A stretch of 64,000 nucleotides of DNA, from contig CP070758.1 of assembly GCA_020348925.1 (NCBI GenBank), forward strand, positions 1,770,030 to 1,834,029. The letters are read 5' to 3'. This document shows, in pieces, positions 1 through 9,642 of the stretch. The notes below the pieces were generated by a model. It ran no database searches. It was not told the DNA's origin and saw only the letters and a list, made by a program, of their open reading frames with translations. Position 1 is the stretch's first letter; every line of letters begins with the position of its first letter. The position numbers and the translations under genes were made by a program. Origin of the DNA: Gemmatimonadota bacterium. Its GTDB lineage: Bacteria > JBHIER01 > G020348925.

Positions 1-76
1 CATTGCGAGCTTCGATGACTGAAGTCACTTTTTAGAAATGATATCGTAAAAATTTGAACCTGTCATTGCGAGCCCC
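1..76 (+). repeat. Two direct copies of (tgt)cattgcgagc, 63 bp apart. The second copy is followed by a cccgg-ccttctc-ccggg hairpin. A reverse-complement copy lies at 7027..7040.
   Basis: cattgcgagc at 1-10 (truncated by the window edge) and tgtcattgcgagc at 61-73. ctcgcaatgaca at 7028-7039 is the reverse complement. The motif is related to the TGTCATTSC repeat termini elsewhere in the window. Confidence 0.4.
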
Positions 77-192
77 GGCCTTCTCCCGGGATTCTCACTG
101 TGCTCAAGAAACAACGATATGATTCACGACAGCATGTTCCTCCGTCTCTGACAGCCATGCGTCCGACGTGTCTCGACCTCATCGTGTGTCCA

Positions 193-396
193 TCAGGATG
201 ATCTCCGAACCAGAAGGATAATCCCGATGCCGACAAGAATTAACGGCCAAAACTTTTCAAAATCAAGTATGTAATAGTTGTTCAAGAGAAAGAGCACTCC
301 CAGAAGAATAAGAATCCAGCCTGTAACATTCCCACTTCTCTTGGGCTTTTTCTTGTTTTTCTGCTCTTCAACGTTCTCGTGAAGTTTATCATCCAT
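193..396 (-). CDS. Small membrane protein with a basic N-terminus and two hydrophobic helices. It resembles LiaF/PspC-like TM (DUF5668-type) proteins and sits immediately downstream of a membrane PP2C phosphatase.
   Basis: 67 aa ORF with a KKKPKR motif followed by the TM stretch ILILLGVLFLLNNYYIL...WPLILVGIGIILLV. It is on the same strand as the upstream phosphatase gene, 30 nt away. Confidence 0.45.
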   Translation of the reverse strand: MDDKLHENVEEQKNKKKPKRSGNVTGWILILLGVLFLLNNYYILDFEKFWPLILVGIGIILLVRRSS

Positions 397-425
397 TGCC
401 TCACCTCCTGAAGTTTTTGTTCTTT

Positions 426-2861
426 TTACAGTATTTTTAAAACGACCATGGTCATGTCGTCCCTCTGAGACGTGTCACCGATAAAAGCTCGAATTTCCTG
501 CTCAATTGCTGACACGATCTCCCCCGCACTCTTGTCTCTGTTTCTATCAATGAGATCGAACAGTCTCTCCTCTCCGAATTCCTCCTTACGCCAATTGATC
601 GCCTCCGTGAAGCCATCGGTGTAAAAAATGAGAACATCCCCAGGCGCGATGTCCATATGATCTTCAGCAATAACCTGTTTGAAAATTTTTCCCTTGTCCA
701 GTCCCAAAGCTATTCCAGGAGGAGTGAACGACTGGGGTTCACCCTCGGTAGTACGGCGGAGAATCACCGGATTGTGACCGGCCCTGGCATACATGAACCG
801 CTTCCGTTCCACGTCGAGCACACCGTAGACCATACTGATGAAGACGTCAGGTTCCGAATTTTCGTAGAACCTGGCGTTCACTTCGCTCAAAATCTCCTTT
901 GGCGAGACATGATCCGCAGCCTCGGCCCGGAGAATCCCTTTGGTCAGAGCCATGTAGAAAGCGGCCGATACGCCTTTTCCCGATACGTCGCCTATTACGA
1001 CACCCAGTCCTCTCTCCCCCAACGGAATGAAATCATAGTAATCCCCGCCGACCTCGTTGGCCGGCACACACACGGCCGCGATATCCAAGCCGTCAATTGG
1101 AGGGTACTCTTTGGGGAGAAAACTGCGCTGCACGCGGCGCGCCACCTCCAGCTCCTGTTTCATGCGCTCCCGTTCCAGGGCTCGGGCCATGTATGGCGGA
1201 ATGTACTCCTCAATCTGATCCACACTCTCACCGGTCCGTAAACTGACATAAGCAAGAACGGCAGGCACCGCAACGACGGCCAGGGAGGCGAGTCCGTTGG
1301 CGAAGTGGAAGCCACTGCCGGTAAAGAGCATAGGCCAAGCCTTCCACAGCGTCATAATAACAAAACTTCCCACGATCACCGTCGTCAGCTCGTAGCGAAT
1401 AAAAGCGTACGTAAAAACACAGGCCACCGCGCACATGGTTACCGTTTGAGACCACGTCGGTGCGAGCCTGAAAACATCGAATCCGGAGAATCCAAGGGCC
1501 AACCCGGATAGCAGAACAATCATCACGGTGGATCGTATTTTCCCCCTGAGAAATGAAACGAGAAACAGTCGGAAAAACAACTCCAGAAATACGGCGGTCA
1601 CCAGAGCGCCGATGACGATGTGAACAACAGGAAAGGCCGATGTATGCAGATCTCCAATCCCCTCATCAGTCAGCCACACCAGTGACGTTCGAACCCCCAA
1701 AAAGCAGAATACCGTCACAAAACCGAGACACACGAAAGCGAAGGCATATCCCCTCAGGGTGGCCAGACCAAACTCAACGGTGAGGAGCCGGCGGCGGCCC
1801 AATACGTCCAAGACGGCCAATTTCTCCCTCCATGTCGACCGCACGAGGGAATCGCACACCGCCCACAAAAGGGATACGCCGATCACGACAAAAAATGCCT
1901 TCAGGAAATAATTGAGTCCTTCACCCCATTCCCCCCTCAATAGGATCGGAAATATGGCCACAACATGAACCGCCGCTAAAGCAGCGCCCATGACCAGACC
2001 GTATTTGAATTCCAGCTCCGACCGAATTGCTTTCATGAAGAAAAGAACAAGAAAGATAAGACCCACTCCCACCCAGATGAGAATGAAAAATACGGTATAC
2101 GGGAGCGGGGTTTCCGTCTCCCGACTGTACAACGTCTCCATGGCGACCGGCACCTTGTACGAGAAATCGTACGTGATCACCCGGTCGCCTTTTAGAGTTG
2201 CGCCTATTTCGACCCTCTCCTCAGCAATACCGATATCGTGTCGTTCCCACTTAAAATCCCAATTCGTCTCCCCCTGGTGGGTCACGGCGGCATCCTCTTT
2301 GCGTTTGTATTCAGAGAGGTTGATGTTCATATTCACAGAGAGAAAGTTTTCCGCCAGATCAAGAGCATCGGCTTCATCGAGTTGCTTCACATTCTCGGAA
2401 TCTGCCAGGGCAACGGAGTAATCGAAGGCGAAAAGTCTCCCCGTGCCATCCACCTTGGCCTTGACCTCTCCCGACATTTCCACCTGGTTCTCCCCTTCTC
2501 CAACAAGAAACTGAAGATCGCCCCTCTTATACCATGTAATCTCCCAGTAGTAGGCGGGAATTTTTTCTTTGATGATCGTCCGCATCTGTGAAGGTTCGAG
2601 ACTTCTCTGAAGATACATGATCTGTTCCCCCCTGGAGGAGAACTCCACATTTTCCCTGTATCCCTCAAAACTGAGCCCCTGTTGCTCGAGGAAGGTCCGG
2701 GCGATGGCCGCTGCTCCTGTTCCGTCAACCTCCATACGCACCGCCGATGCTGGTGAAAGTCGACCGTACAGAGCTGCGAAGAGGAGCAATCCGACCCCTC
2801 CTGCGATGAACAGAACTATATCCTGTCGGGTAATTCTTTCTTTCATTCTTTCCCCAATCAA
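426..2861 (-). CDS. Membrane-bound PP2C-family (SpoIIE/RsbU-type) serine phosphatase with a large N-terminal extracytoplasmic sensor region and a multi-TM core.
   Basis: 811 aa. The C-terminal 250 aa carry PP2C/SpoIIE motifs (GDVSGKGVSAAFYMALTKGILR, FYTDGFTEA, DDMTMVVLKIL). The central region has about 8-10 hydrophobic helices. The N-terminus has one TM followed by a roughly 230 aa soluble domain. Confidence 0.8.
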   Translation of the reverse strand: MIGERMKERITRQDIVLFIAGGVGLLLFAALYGRLSPASAVRMEVDGTGAAAIARTFLEQQGLSFEGYRENVEFSSRGEQIMYLQRSLEPSQMRTIIKEKIPAYYWEITWYKRGDLQFLVGEGENQVEMSGEVKAKVDGTGRLFAFDYSVALADSENVKQLDEADALDLAENFLSVNMNINLSEYKRKEDAAVTHQGETNWDFKWERHDIGIAEERVEIGATLKGDRVITYDFSYKVPVAMETLYSRETETPLPYTVFFILIWVGVGLIFLVLFFMKAIRSELEFKYGLVMGAALAAVHVVAIFPILLRGEWGEGLNYFLKAFFVVIGVSLLWAVCDSLVRSTWREKLAVLDVLGRRRLLTVEFGLATLRGYAFAFVCLGFVTVFCFLGVRTSLVWLTDEGIGDLHTSAFPVVHIVIGALVTAVFLELFFRLFLVSFLRGKIRSTVMIVLLSGLALGFSGFDVFRLAPTWSQTVTMCAVACVFTYAFIRYELTTVIVGSFVIMTLWKAWPMLFTGSGFHFANGLASLAVVAVPAVLAYVSLRTGESVDQIEEYIPPYMARALERERMKQELEVARRVQRSFLPKEYPPIDGLDIAAVCVPANEVGGDYYDFIPLGERGLGVVIGDVSGKGVSAAFYMALTKGILRAEAADHVSPKEILSEVNARFYENSEPDVFISMVYGVLDVERKRFMYARAGHNPVILRRTTEGEPQSFTPPGIALGLDKGKIFKQVIAEDHMDIAPGDVLIFYTDGFTEAINWRKEEFGEERLFDLIDRNRDKSAGEIVSAIEQEIRAFIGDTSQRDDMTMVVLKIL

Positions 2862-3377
2862 TTCTTCCCTTGATACGGTGAACCTATCACACAGAGAAAT
2901 TACAGCCTCTGCACCACTTACAGTGTATTCGCGATAACGTATCGAAATGCTGCGTCAAAAGCTTCAAGTCGCACGTTCCCATCACGATCAGAAGGCCTCT
3001 CAGCACACCGTTGAAAAATCGCAAGATCAAAATAGGTTATTCCGCACATTCTGTCAAGCGGTTTCTTGAAAACTACGGTCTTCTGCCATAATCAAGATTC
3101 CTCCGGTTCTCAATGAATGAGATGGTGTGACTCCTGATTTTGTTTTGCCCGGCAGGGATTTGAATTTTGGCAATGGGGTTAAAGCCGTTCGGGAACGGAG
3201 TTGTTCCTGCCTCAATTTTCCAAAAGAGATTGACAAGGAAGCCAAAAGGAGTTATTATTTGTCTGATGCATATTCAGGCACTGCAGAAACCTCAAAATCT
3301 TTGGGAAAAAGTATAGCAGCGTGTAATCTAACAACTTGGAACAGGACATCGGTGGTCCTGCAAAACAAAAAGATACC

Positions 3378-4283
3378 ATGCACAGACGGGCGTATACATA
3401 TGCCGCAATTGCCGTCCTGTTTTGGGCAACCGTTGCCTCGGCCTTTAAAATCTCCCTGAGGTATCTCGACTTTCTTCAATTGTTATTCTATGCGTCGCTC
3501 GTCTCGACCGCGGCCTTATTCCTCATCGTATTCATACAAAGGAAACTGTATTTGCTGAGCAGGTACTCGGGAAAACAGTACATCCATTCCATGATGTTGG
3601 GGTTCTTAAATCCGTTCCTGTATTACGTTGTCCTGTTCAAGGCCTACTCGCTCCTTCCCGCTCAAGAGGCGCAGCCCTTAAACTGGACCTGGCCCATAAC
3701 CCTCTCCGTCTTATCCATTCCGCTGTTGAAACAGAGGATGTCGTTGGGGAGTTTTCTCGCGCTGTGCATCAGCTTTTCCGGAGTTTTTATCATTTCAACA
3801 CGCGGAAATATTATGGATTTTCGATTCACGAATCCACTGGGTGTCCTATTGGCAATAGGAAGTTCCATAGTATGGGCCCTGTTCTGGATATTCAATGTCA
3901 GGGATCAACGCGATGAGGTTGTGAAACTTTTGTTAAACTTTGCCTTTGGTTCAATTTTTATTTTAATAACTATTACGTTTTTTTCGAGCATAAAATTTTC
4001 TGACATGCGGGGAGTTTTCGGGGCCACATATGTCGGTCTGTTCGAAATGGGGATTACGTTCGTCGTCTGGCTGAAAGCTTTACAATTTTCAAAGACAACT
4101 GCCAGAGTGAGCAATGTTATATATGTCACTCCATTTTTTTCTCTTATTGTTATTTACTTTGTCCTGGGAGAACGTATATTACCCTCATCAATAGTCGGAT
4201 TGGTACTCATTGTAACCGGTGTCATTATCCAACAGCACAGCAGCCGCTCCCATCCGACTTCCGCACCTGTTCCAAAGAGTTAA
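3378..4283 (+). CDS. DMT superfamily (EamA-like) permease with 10 TM segments.
   Basis: Two repeated 5-TM halves, each typical of an EamA domain (AIAVLFWATVASAFKISL...). The alternative upstream start is 3336. The ATG at 3378 gives a typical short N-terminus. Confidence 0.7.
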   Translation: MHRRAYTYAAIAVLFWATVASAFKISLRYLDFLQLLFYASLVSTAALFLIVFIQRKLYLLSRYSGKQYIHSMMLGFLNPFLYYVVLFKAYSLLPAQEAQPLNWTWPITLSVLSIPLLKQRMSLGSFLALCISFSGVFIISTRGNIMDFRFTNPLGVLLAIGSSIVWALFWIFNVRDQRDEVVKLLLNFAFGSIFILITITFFSSIKFSDMRGVFGATYVGLFEMGITFVVWLKALQFSKTTARVSNVIYVTPFFSLIVIYFVLGERILPSSIVGLVLIVTGVIIQQHSSRSHPTSAPVPKS

Positions 4284-4359
4284 TGCGAACTCAAGACTTT
4301 TATGGATGATGCAGTGACATCGAGTCCAAGAGTCATTCATTCAAAAAGGGGTATATCAC

Positions 4360-5484
4360 ATGAAAAAGAGCACAATGAAGTTTTTCGTACTGAGTATCGG
4401 ACTCTTGTTGGTCTTTATGTGCACCTACTTGGTCCATGCAGCAGATTTCGAAACACAGACAGAGCAGGACACGGTTGAACAGAAAAGAAGCGGCCTCATT
4501 TTTCTGCCCATTCTGGGCTACACGCCGGAAACAAAAATGGCCGGAGGCGCTGCCGTAACTTTCTACTTTCGGGCAAAGGGGACCGAAAAAACCTGCAGAC
4601 CATCAACCCTTATGCCGATTTTCATCTATACTCAGAAGAAACAAATTGTGAGTGAACTCAATGCGGATCTCTACTGGAAAGAGGAAACGATACACCTAAC
4701 GAGCAATATTGGGTACATGAAGTTTCCTGACAAATTCTACGGGATCGGTAACCATACTTCGGAGGATGATGAAGAGGAATATACGCCTCGAAACGCTTAT
4801 TTTTCCTTCAACCTACAAAAAAAGATACAAAAAGTCTTTCATGCGGGAATACTCTATGAATTCACAGATAGTAAAATGAAGGAAGTGGAGGGCGGACGTT
4901 CATTGGCCCAAAAAAAGATCTTGGGAAGTGAAGGTGGAACGGTTTCAGGGGCCGGTATTCTCATGAACTGGGATACCCGCGACAACATATTCTGCGCCTC
5001 TTCGGGGCGCTTCTACCAGCTTTCGACGAGTCTGTTCAGGGACTATTTGGGGAGCGACTATGATTTTACGAGATATACCCTTGACCTTCGACAGTACATT
5101 CCCGTAGTCACGTCTCACGCCATCGCTCTTCAAGGGTACATGAAAGTCATAACCGGCGATCCACCCTTTCAGATGATGTCTATGCTTGGTGGGGATAGTC
5201 TCATGCGGGGGTACTACGGAGGTCGCTACAGGCATAAGAACATGGTTGTTGTTCAAACGGAATATCGCCTGCCGTTGTGGTGGCGATTCGGTCTGGTCGG
5301 GTTTTTGGGATTTGGGGATGTTTCAAAGGACATTGAAGATTTCGTACTAAGTGATTTTAAACACTCCGCTGGCCTCGGTCTTCGATATTTTCTCAATCCC
5401 GAGGAAAAGCTGAACATCAGACTCGACCTCGCCTACGGCAAGGATTCATCCGGTTTTTATATTACACTGTTTGAAGCTTTTTAA
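4360..5484 (+). CDS. Secreted outer-membrane beta-barrel protein of the Omp85/surface antigen D15-like family, with no POTRA domains.
   Basis: Signal peptide MKKSTMKFFVLSIGLLLVFMCTYLVHA. RBS aaaagggg upstream. Alternating amphipathic beta-strand pattern. The C-terminus ends ...GFYITLFEAF with a terminal aromatic, typical of beta-barrel OMPs. Confidence 0.5.
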   Translation: MKKSTMKFFVLSIGLLLVFMCTYLVHAADFETQTEQDTVEQKRSGLIFLPILGYTPETKMAGGAAVTFYFRAKGTEKTCRPSTLMPIFIYTQKKQIVSELNADLYWKEETIHLTSNIGYMKFPDKFYGIGNHTSEDDEEEYTPRNAYFSFNLQKKIQKVFHAGILYEFTDSKMKEVEGGRSLAQKKILGSEGGTVSGAGILMNWDTRDNIFCASSGRFYQLSTSLFRDYLGSDYDFTRYTLDLRQYIPVVTSHAIALQGYMKVITGDPPFQMMSMLGGDSLMRGYYGGRYRHKNMVVVQTEYRLPLWWRFGLVGFLGFGDVSKDIEDFVLSDFKHSAGLGLRYFLNPEEKLNIRLDLAYGKDSSGFYITLFEAF

Positions 5485-5811
5485 TAAATTGCTCTCTTTT
5501 TCATAATAAGGAAGGGTTCAACATTCCTCGCACGGGTATAAAGTCCTCCCTCCCGTCTCTCTTGCTTCGCCATCATTTGTTACAGGCTTCAGCTCGTTTC
5601 AAAGTCTCCCCATACGTCAGGTGCTTTCAATGTTGCCTTAAGATTACTGTACAACGTTACATTATAAATCAGAAGGAGTCGGGTGAAACTTTATTGATAC
5701 GAGAGATGTCGTATCGAAAAACGAATACCCTGGGTTGAGGGTTTTGAAAGGAACAGTAGAATACGCGTTGAGTCGTGGTTAGATCAAGACCCAGATTCCG
5801 GCGGAGAAAAC

Positions 5812-6825
5812 ATGTTCTCTCTCTTTTCGGCCCTTCTTCTTCTTCACTCGCTCGTGTGGGCAGTACCGGAAGTATCCGGCACGGCCGGCACAGCCGATCC
5901 AGGTATCCATGTGTGGTACCTTGGTTCCAACGGCTGGGCCGTGAATATCGGCGAAAAATTGCTCGTCTTCGACTATCAGGAGGGCTCCGATCCAAATCCG
6001 CCCGCCGCAGGCGAAGGGCGAAACCTCCAGAGAGGGTATATCGATCCGGCTGAACTGGACTCCTTTGACACGTATGTGTTTGTGACGCACGCCCATCAGG
6101 ACCACTTCGAGCCCGTCATCCTGGACTGGCAGGAACAGGTCGACAGGATCAACTACTTTTTCGGTTGGGAGGCCGGCGACGATCCCGAACACCATTACAT
6201 GATCGGCCCGCGGGCCCAAGCGCAAGTTGGTGACGTGGAGGTCTACACCATCAACTCGTACCATACAGGCATCCCCGAGGTGGCCTTTCTGGTCCGGGTG
6301 GAGGGGTACACCATCTATCACAACGGGGATTATAAAGCGGAGTACCAGGAGGACTACGCATATCTCCAGACGGTTGCGGATGACATCGATATCGCCTTCG
6401 TCATCGGCATCACCTATGAAGGTCACCAGTATTTCCAGCAGACCCTGTGTCTGGCCGAGATGTTTCACCCGACGTACGTCTTCCCCATGAACCGCGAGGG
6501 GGACGAGTACAAGAGTCTCCAGTTCGCCCAGCTCTTGACGTCGCACGTATCCGGGGTCAACGTCCTTTGTCCCGAGCAGCGGGGCGATGACTACCTTATA
6601 GAGGGTGGCCGGGGAGATGTCAATTTAGATGGGGTAATAAATATCCTCGATGTCATACAAGCCGTGAATATTCTCCTGGAGATCGGAAATCCACCTATGG
6701 AATGTGAGAACCGGGCGGCCGATTGTAACGGTGATGAGAATGTTGATATTTTGGACATCCTCGGGATGATCAATGTGATTTTGGGAATTGGCGAGTGCCA
6801 ACCTCGATTGCCGCGGATTATGTAA
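5812..6825 (+). CDS. Secreted MBL-fold metallo-hydrolase with a C-terminal dockerin-type double Ca-binding repeat.
   Basis: HAHQDH metal-binding motif (HxHxDH). Hydrophobic N-terminus. C-terminal DVNLDGVINILDVIQAVNILL...CNGDENVDILDILGMINVIL is a dockerin type-I-like tandem repeat. Confidence 0.7.
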   Translation: MFSLFSALLLLHSLVWAVPEVSGTAGTADPGIHVWYLGSNGWAVNIGEKLLVFDYQEGSDPNPPAAGEGRNLQRGYIDPAELDSFDTYVFVTHAHQDHFEPVILDWQEQVDRINYFFGWEAGDDPEHHYMIGPRAQAQVGDVEVYTINSYHTGIPEVAFLVRVEGYTIYHNGDYKAEYQEDYAYLQTVADDIDIAFVIGITYEGHQYFQQTLCLAEMFHPTYVFPMNREGDEYKSLQFAQLLTSHVSGVNVLCPEQRGDDYLIEGGRGDVNLDGVINILDVIQAVNILLEIGNPPMECENRAADCNGDENVDILDILGMINVILGIGECQPRLPRIM

Positions 6826-7076
6826 AAGGATGGATTGGGAATAGGGATTGGGAAAGGAGAAACGTCACCGTTTGCAGCAGAGTCTAACGAGATCGTGGCA
6901 GTCCGGGGGATTGGTACGATATAGTGAATGCGACGTTTTTGCTCACCCCATCGAATACATCCAATGAAAGAGGTCCAGGCGATTTTTCGTGATGCAGTCT
7001 CATGCCCAGAGGAGAATGCTTCGTTCGAGCTTTCACTCGCAATGACAGTTTCGATGATAAAAATTGCAGGTCGAAA

Positions 7077-9620
7077 CTAACTTATGACTTGCGGGAAAAA
7101 TGTGATGTCGCCGAAGGCACGGCCCTCCGGGTCCGTGATGCGGAAGTAGAAGCCCCATTCGCCCGTCTTCTGGCAGACTTTGATCAGAACCGTATTCGTA
7201 CCTTCCAGTAATGCGACGGGAATGATATCATTATCGATGTAGGCTCCCCGGCGCCTGTTATTCAACCAGACCTCTTCGCCGTTGAGCCAGATTTTGGTCG
7301 CTTCGTTCGTTCCTACCCGGAGCTGGGCCTGTCGCAGGGTCGGGGAATGGAAGGTGAGAAGCCCGTAGGCAACGGTCCATTTGTCCGGATTCAGAAGCTC
7401 CTTCAGATTGACATAGCCATCGAAGAGATTGTCCCCAGCCTGTCGCCACCGGACTTTCCCCCCCTTGCCCTTATACGCTCTGTCGAGCTGTATCTCCTTC
7501 TCCGGCGGAAACTTTCGATGGAACCCCCCCTTATTTTCGAAGGGGCCGATAACCCACCAATCGGTCTCATGAGGGGTGCCTGTGGCGGTCAATTCCCCTC
7601 TGAGACGCTCCTCATCCCCGATGGTTTTCAAATATTCAAAAAGGAGATATATCAAACTCGTCTCCAGGGCAGTATTCTCGGTTTCGCGTGAGATCCGAAT
7701 CATCTCCTCAAAGAAATTCTGTTTGTCCTCGAGATCCCCAGAACTGCCGGCGATTGCTTCGGAGATGTAGTTCGCCTGATACCAGTCCATGCCCAACCCC
7801 GTCTCGATCGTGAGAAACGTCTGAGCGGCTTCCTGAAACTGAGCTACGGCCACGTTGTTCTCCCCTCGTTTCAGAGAGATCACGCCTCGCAGTAAAGCAC
7901 ATTCGGCCCTATTGAAATCGTTCTGGGCCAGCTTTATGGCTTTTTCAATGAAGGGCTCCATCTCTTCGGGATGCAGATCGTTGAACAGACTGGTCCAGAC
8001 AAAGCTTTGGACGATACTGAAATTGGTCTCATCCAAAATTCTATCTCCTGTGTTCCAAAACCATTCCTCGCGGAATTTTTTGGCAGCGACCGAATCGCCC
8101 ATCTCCTCGTATAAATCACTTATGAGAGTGACCATTGGAAAATTGTTGGGATACACCTTCATGGCCTCTCGAAACTCCTTTACCGCCTTTTCATGTTTTC
8201 CTTTTGCCCACAGGGCTTCTCCGGCGAGGCGATGACTGAATGATTTGATATTGTTACTCGGTGCTGCCTCGTAATATCGACGAAAAGCACGCAAGGCTTC
8301 GTCAAATTCACCCTGGTCCATGTATGCGCCGCCCATGTGCTCCCAGGGAAAGTGGAAATCGGATTTCAATCTCAAGGCCTCCTTATACTCATGAATGGCC
8401 TCGTCGAGATGGCCGGCCATCTGATAGATCTCTCCCATACTGTCGCGAGGATTCGGTTCATCAGGTGCCAGCTCCAGATATCGCAGGAGACTTTCGACCG
8501 CTTTGTCATGCATACCCCGAGAAGAGTAGGCATATCCCAGGAGATTGTACACAAGTTTGTAGGTTTTATCTATGCTCAGGGCTTCTTCAAACTGGGCAAT
8601 GGCCTCGTCAAAACGACTCAGAGCGTAATAGACGGATCCCAATCTATACCGCGCTTCTTTGTCCTTTGGAAAAACCTGAACCATGCGCTCATAGGTTTCG
8701 ATGATCTTTTTCGTATCACCCTGAACACTCGCATCGAGGGCCATAATGTTGTATCTCTCACGCTCAGTAACGCGATCGGCCAAGGCCACCGCCTTCCTCA
8801 CCACCCGCCGGGTATCATCGCTCCGACCCAAACCCGAATAAGCGCTGGCCAGACGAGCGTAGGCCGTGGCGAAGGTCGTATCTATTTCCACCGCCCTTTC
8901 AAACCGCTCGGCCGCCTCCTTATAAAAAACTTTGTACAACAATTCCAAGCCCTCGGCAAAAAAGCGGTAGGCTTCAATTGAATTGGTCGTGACGTCGGCC
9001 AGGTCCTGGTCAAATTCGACGACCCCTTTCAGCGTCAGCTTTAAACCGTCCCGAATCTGTCGGGTCAGTTCGTCAACTTTGGTAAAGACTTCCTCCAGAC
9101 CGCTGCACTCGACCCTCTCCGCCTTGAGCATATTTCCTGTCCGGGTATCAAAAAGCTGAGCGTCGATACGGATATGCTCACCCACACGGGCAAAGCTACC
9201 CACCAAGGCCGTCTCCAAACGACCCCCTCTGGCAATCGAGATCGCCAAGGCGGGGTCAAGAGACCTGTCCTCAGGAACCCCCATTCTTTCCTTCAGGGTT
9301 GTCAATGCATGTTCGCCCACCACGTTCACATAGCGGGATTGGGAGAGATCCGTAATCAACATCTCCATCAAACCACGCTCCATCCATTCAAGATCCTCGT
9401 CCTCGGTCACATTATCGAAATAGAAGACGACGATGGAACGGCGTTCTTCAGGCTGAATCTGCAAAGTGGTGGCCAACCGAGAGGACTCCTGGGTCTGACG
9501 AAGGGCATCATTGGTCAGCTTGATCTTCTGGCCAGCCTCCCTCTTCGAGCACCCCGGAAGCACCACACCCAGAGTCCATATAAGACCAATGATGATAATA
9601 TGTCGAATCGCAGCTTTCAT
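7077..9620 (-). CDS. TPR-repeat lipoprotein (847 aa) with an N-terminal TolB-N/CsgG-like periplasmic domain and a C-terminal beta-sandwich-like domain.
   Basis: Lipoprotein signal MKAAIRHIIIIGLIWTLGVVLPGC. At least 10 TPR-like 34-aa repeats (AYxxLGxxY...A...Y patterns) between about residue 230 and 640. Confidence 0.65.
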   Translation of the reverse strand: MKAAIRHIIIIGLIWTLGVVLPGCSKREAGQKIKLTNDALRQTQESSRLATTLQIQPEERRSIVVFYFDNVTEDEDLEWMERGLMEMLITDLSQSRYVNVVGEHALTTLKERMGVPEDRSLDPALAISIARGGRLETALVGSFARVGEHIRIDAQLFDTRTGNMLKAERVECSGLEEVFTKVDELTRQIRDGLKLTLKGVVEFDQDLADVTTNSIEAYRFFAEGLELLYKVFYKEAAERFERAVEIDTTFATAYARLASAYSGLGRSDDTRRVVRKAVALADRVTERERYNIMALDASVQGDTKKIIETYERMVQVFPKDKEARYRLGSVYYALSRFDEAIAQFEEALSIDKTYKLVYNLLGYAYSSRGMHDKAVESLLRYLELAPDEPNPRDSMGEIYQMAGHLDEAIHEYKEALRLKSDFHFPWEHMGGAYMDQGEFDEALRAFRRYYEAAPSNNIKSFSHRLAGEALWAKGKHEKAVKEFREAMKVYPNNFPMVTLISDLYEEMGDSVAAKKFREEWFWNTGDRILDETNFSIVQSFVWTSLFNDLHPEEMEPFIEKAIKLAQNDFNRAECALLRGVISLKRGENNVAVAQFQEAAQTFLTIETGLGMDWYQANYISEAIAGSSGDLEDKQNFFEEMIRISRETENTALETSLIYLLFEYLKTIGDEERLRGELTATGTPHETDWWVIGPFENKGGFHRKFPPEKEIQLDRAYKGKGGKVRWRQAGDNLFDGYVNLKELLNPDKWTVAYGLLTFHSPTLRQAQLRVGTNEATKIWLNGEEVWLNNRRRGAYIDNDIIPVALLEGTNTVLIKVCQKTGEWGFYFRITDPEGRAFGDITFFPQVIS

Positions 9621-9642
9621 TATAACTTGAACCGGGGAAACG

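Noticed and set aside
1-76. Possible CRISPR array (two direct repeats of cattgcgagc, 63 bp apart).
   Set aside because: There are only two copies, and the repeat is about 10-13 bp (CRISPR repeats are 24-48 bp). No cas genes are nearby. A reverse-complement copy occurs elsewhere as a dispersed motif. It is better explained by the TGTCATTSC repeat family.
5779-6546. 255-aa ORF on the minus strand overlapping the MBL-hydrolase gene.
   Set aside because: It is entirely antisense to a CDS with clear HxHxDH and dockerin motifs, and has no motifs of its own. It is a typical GC-rich shadow ORF.
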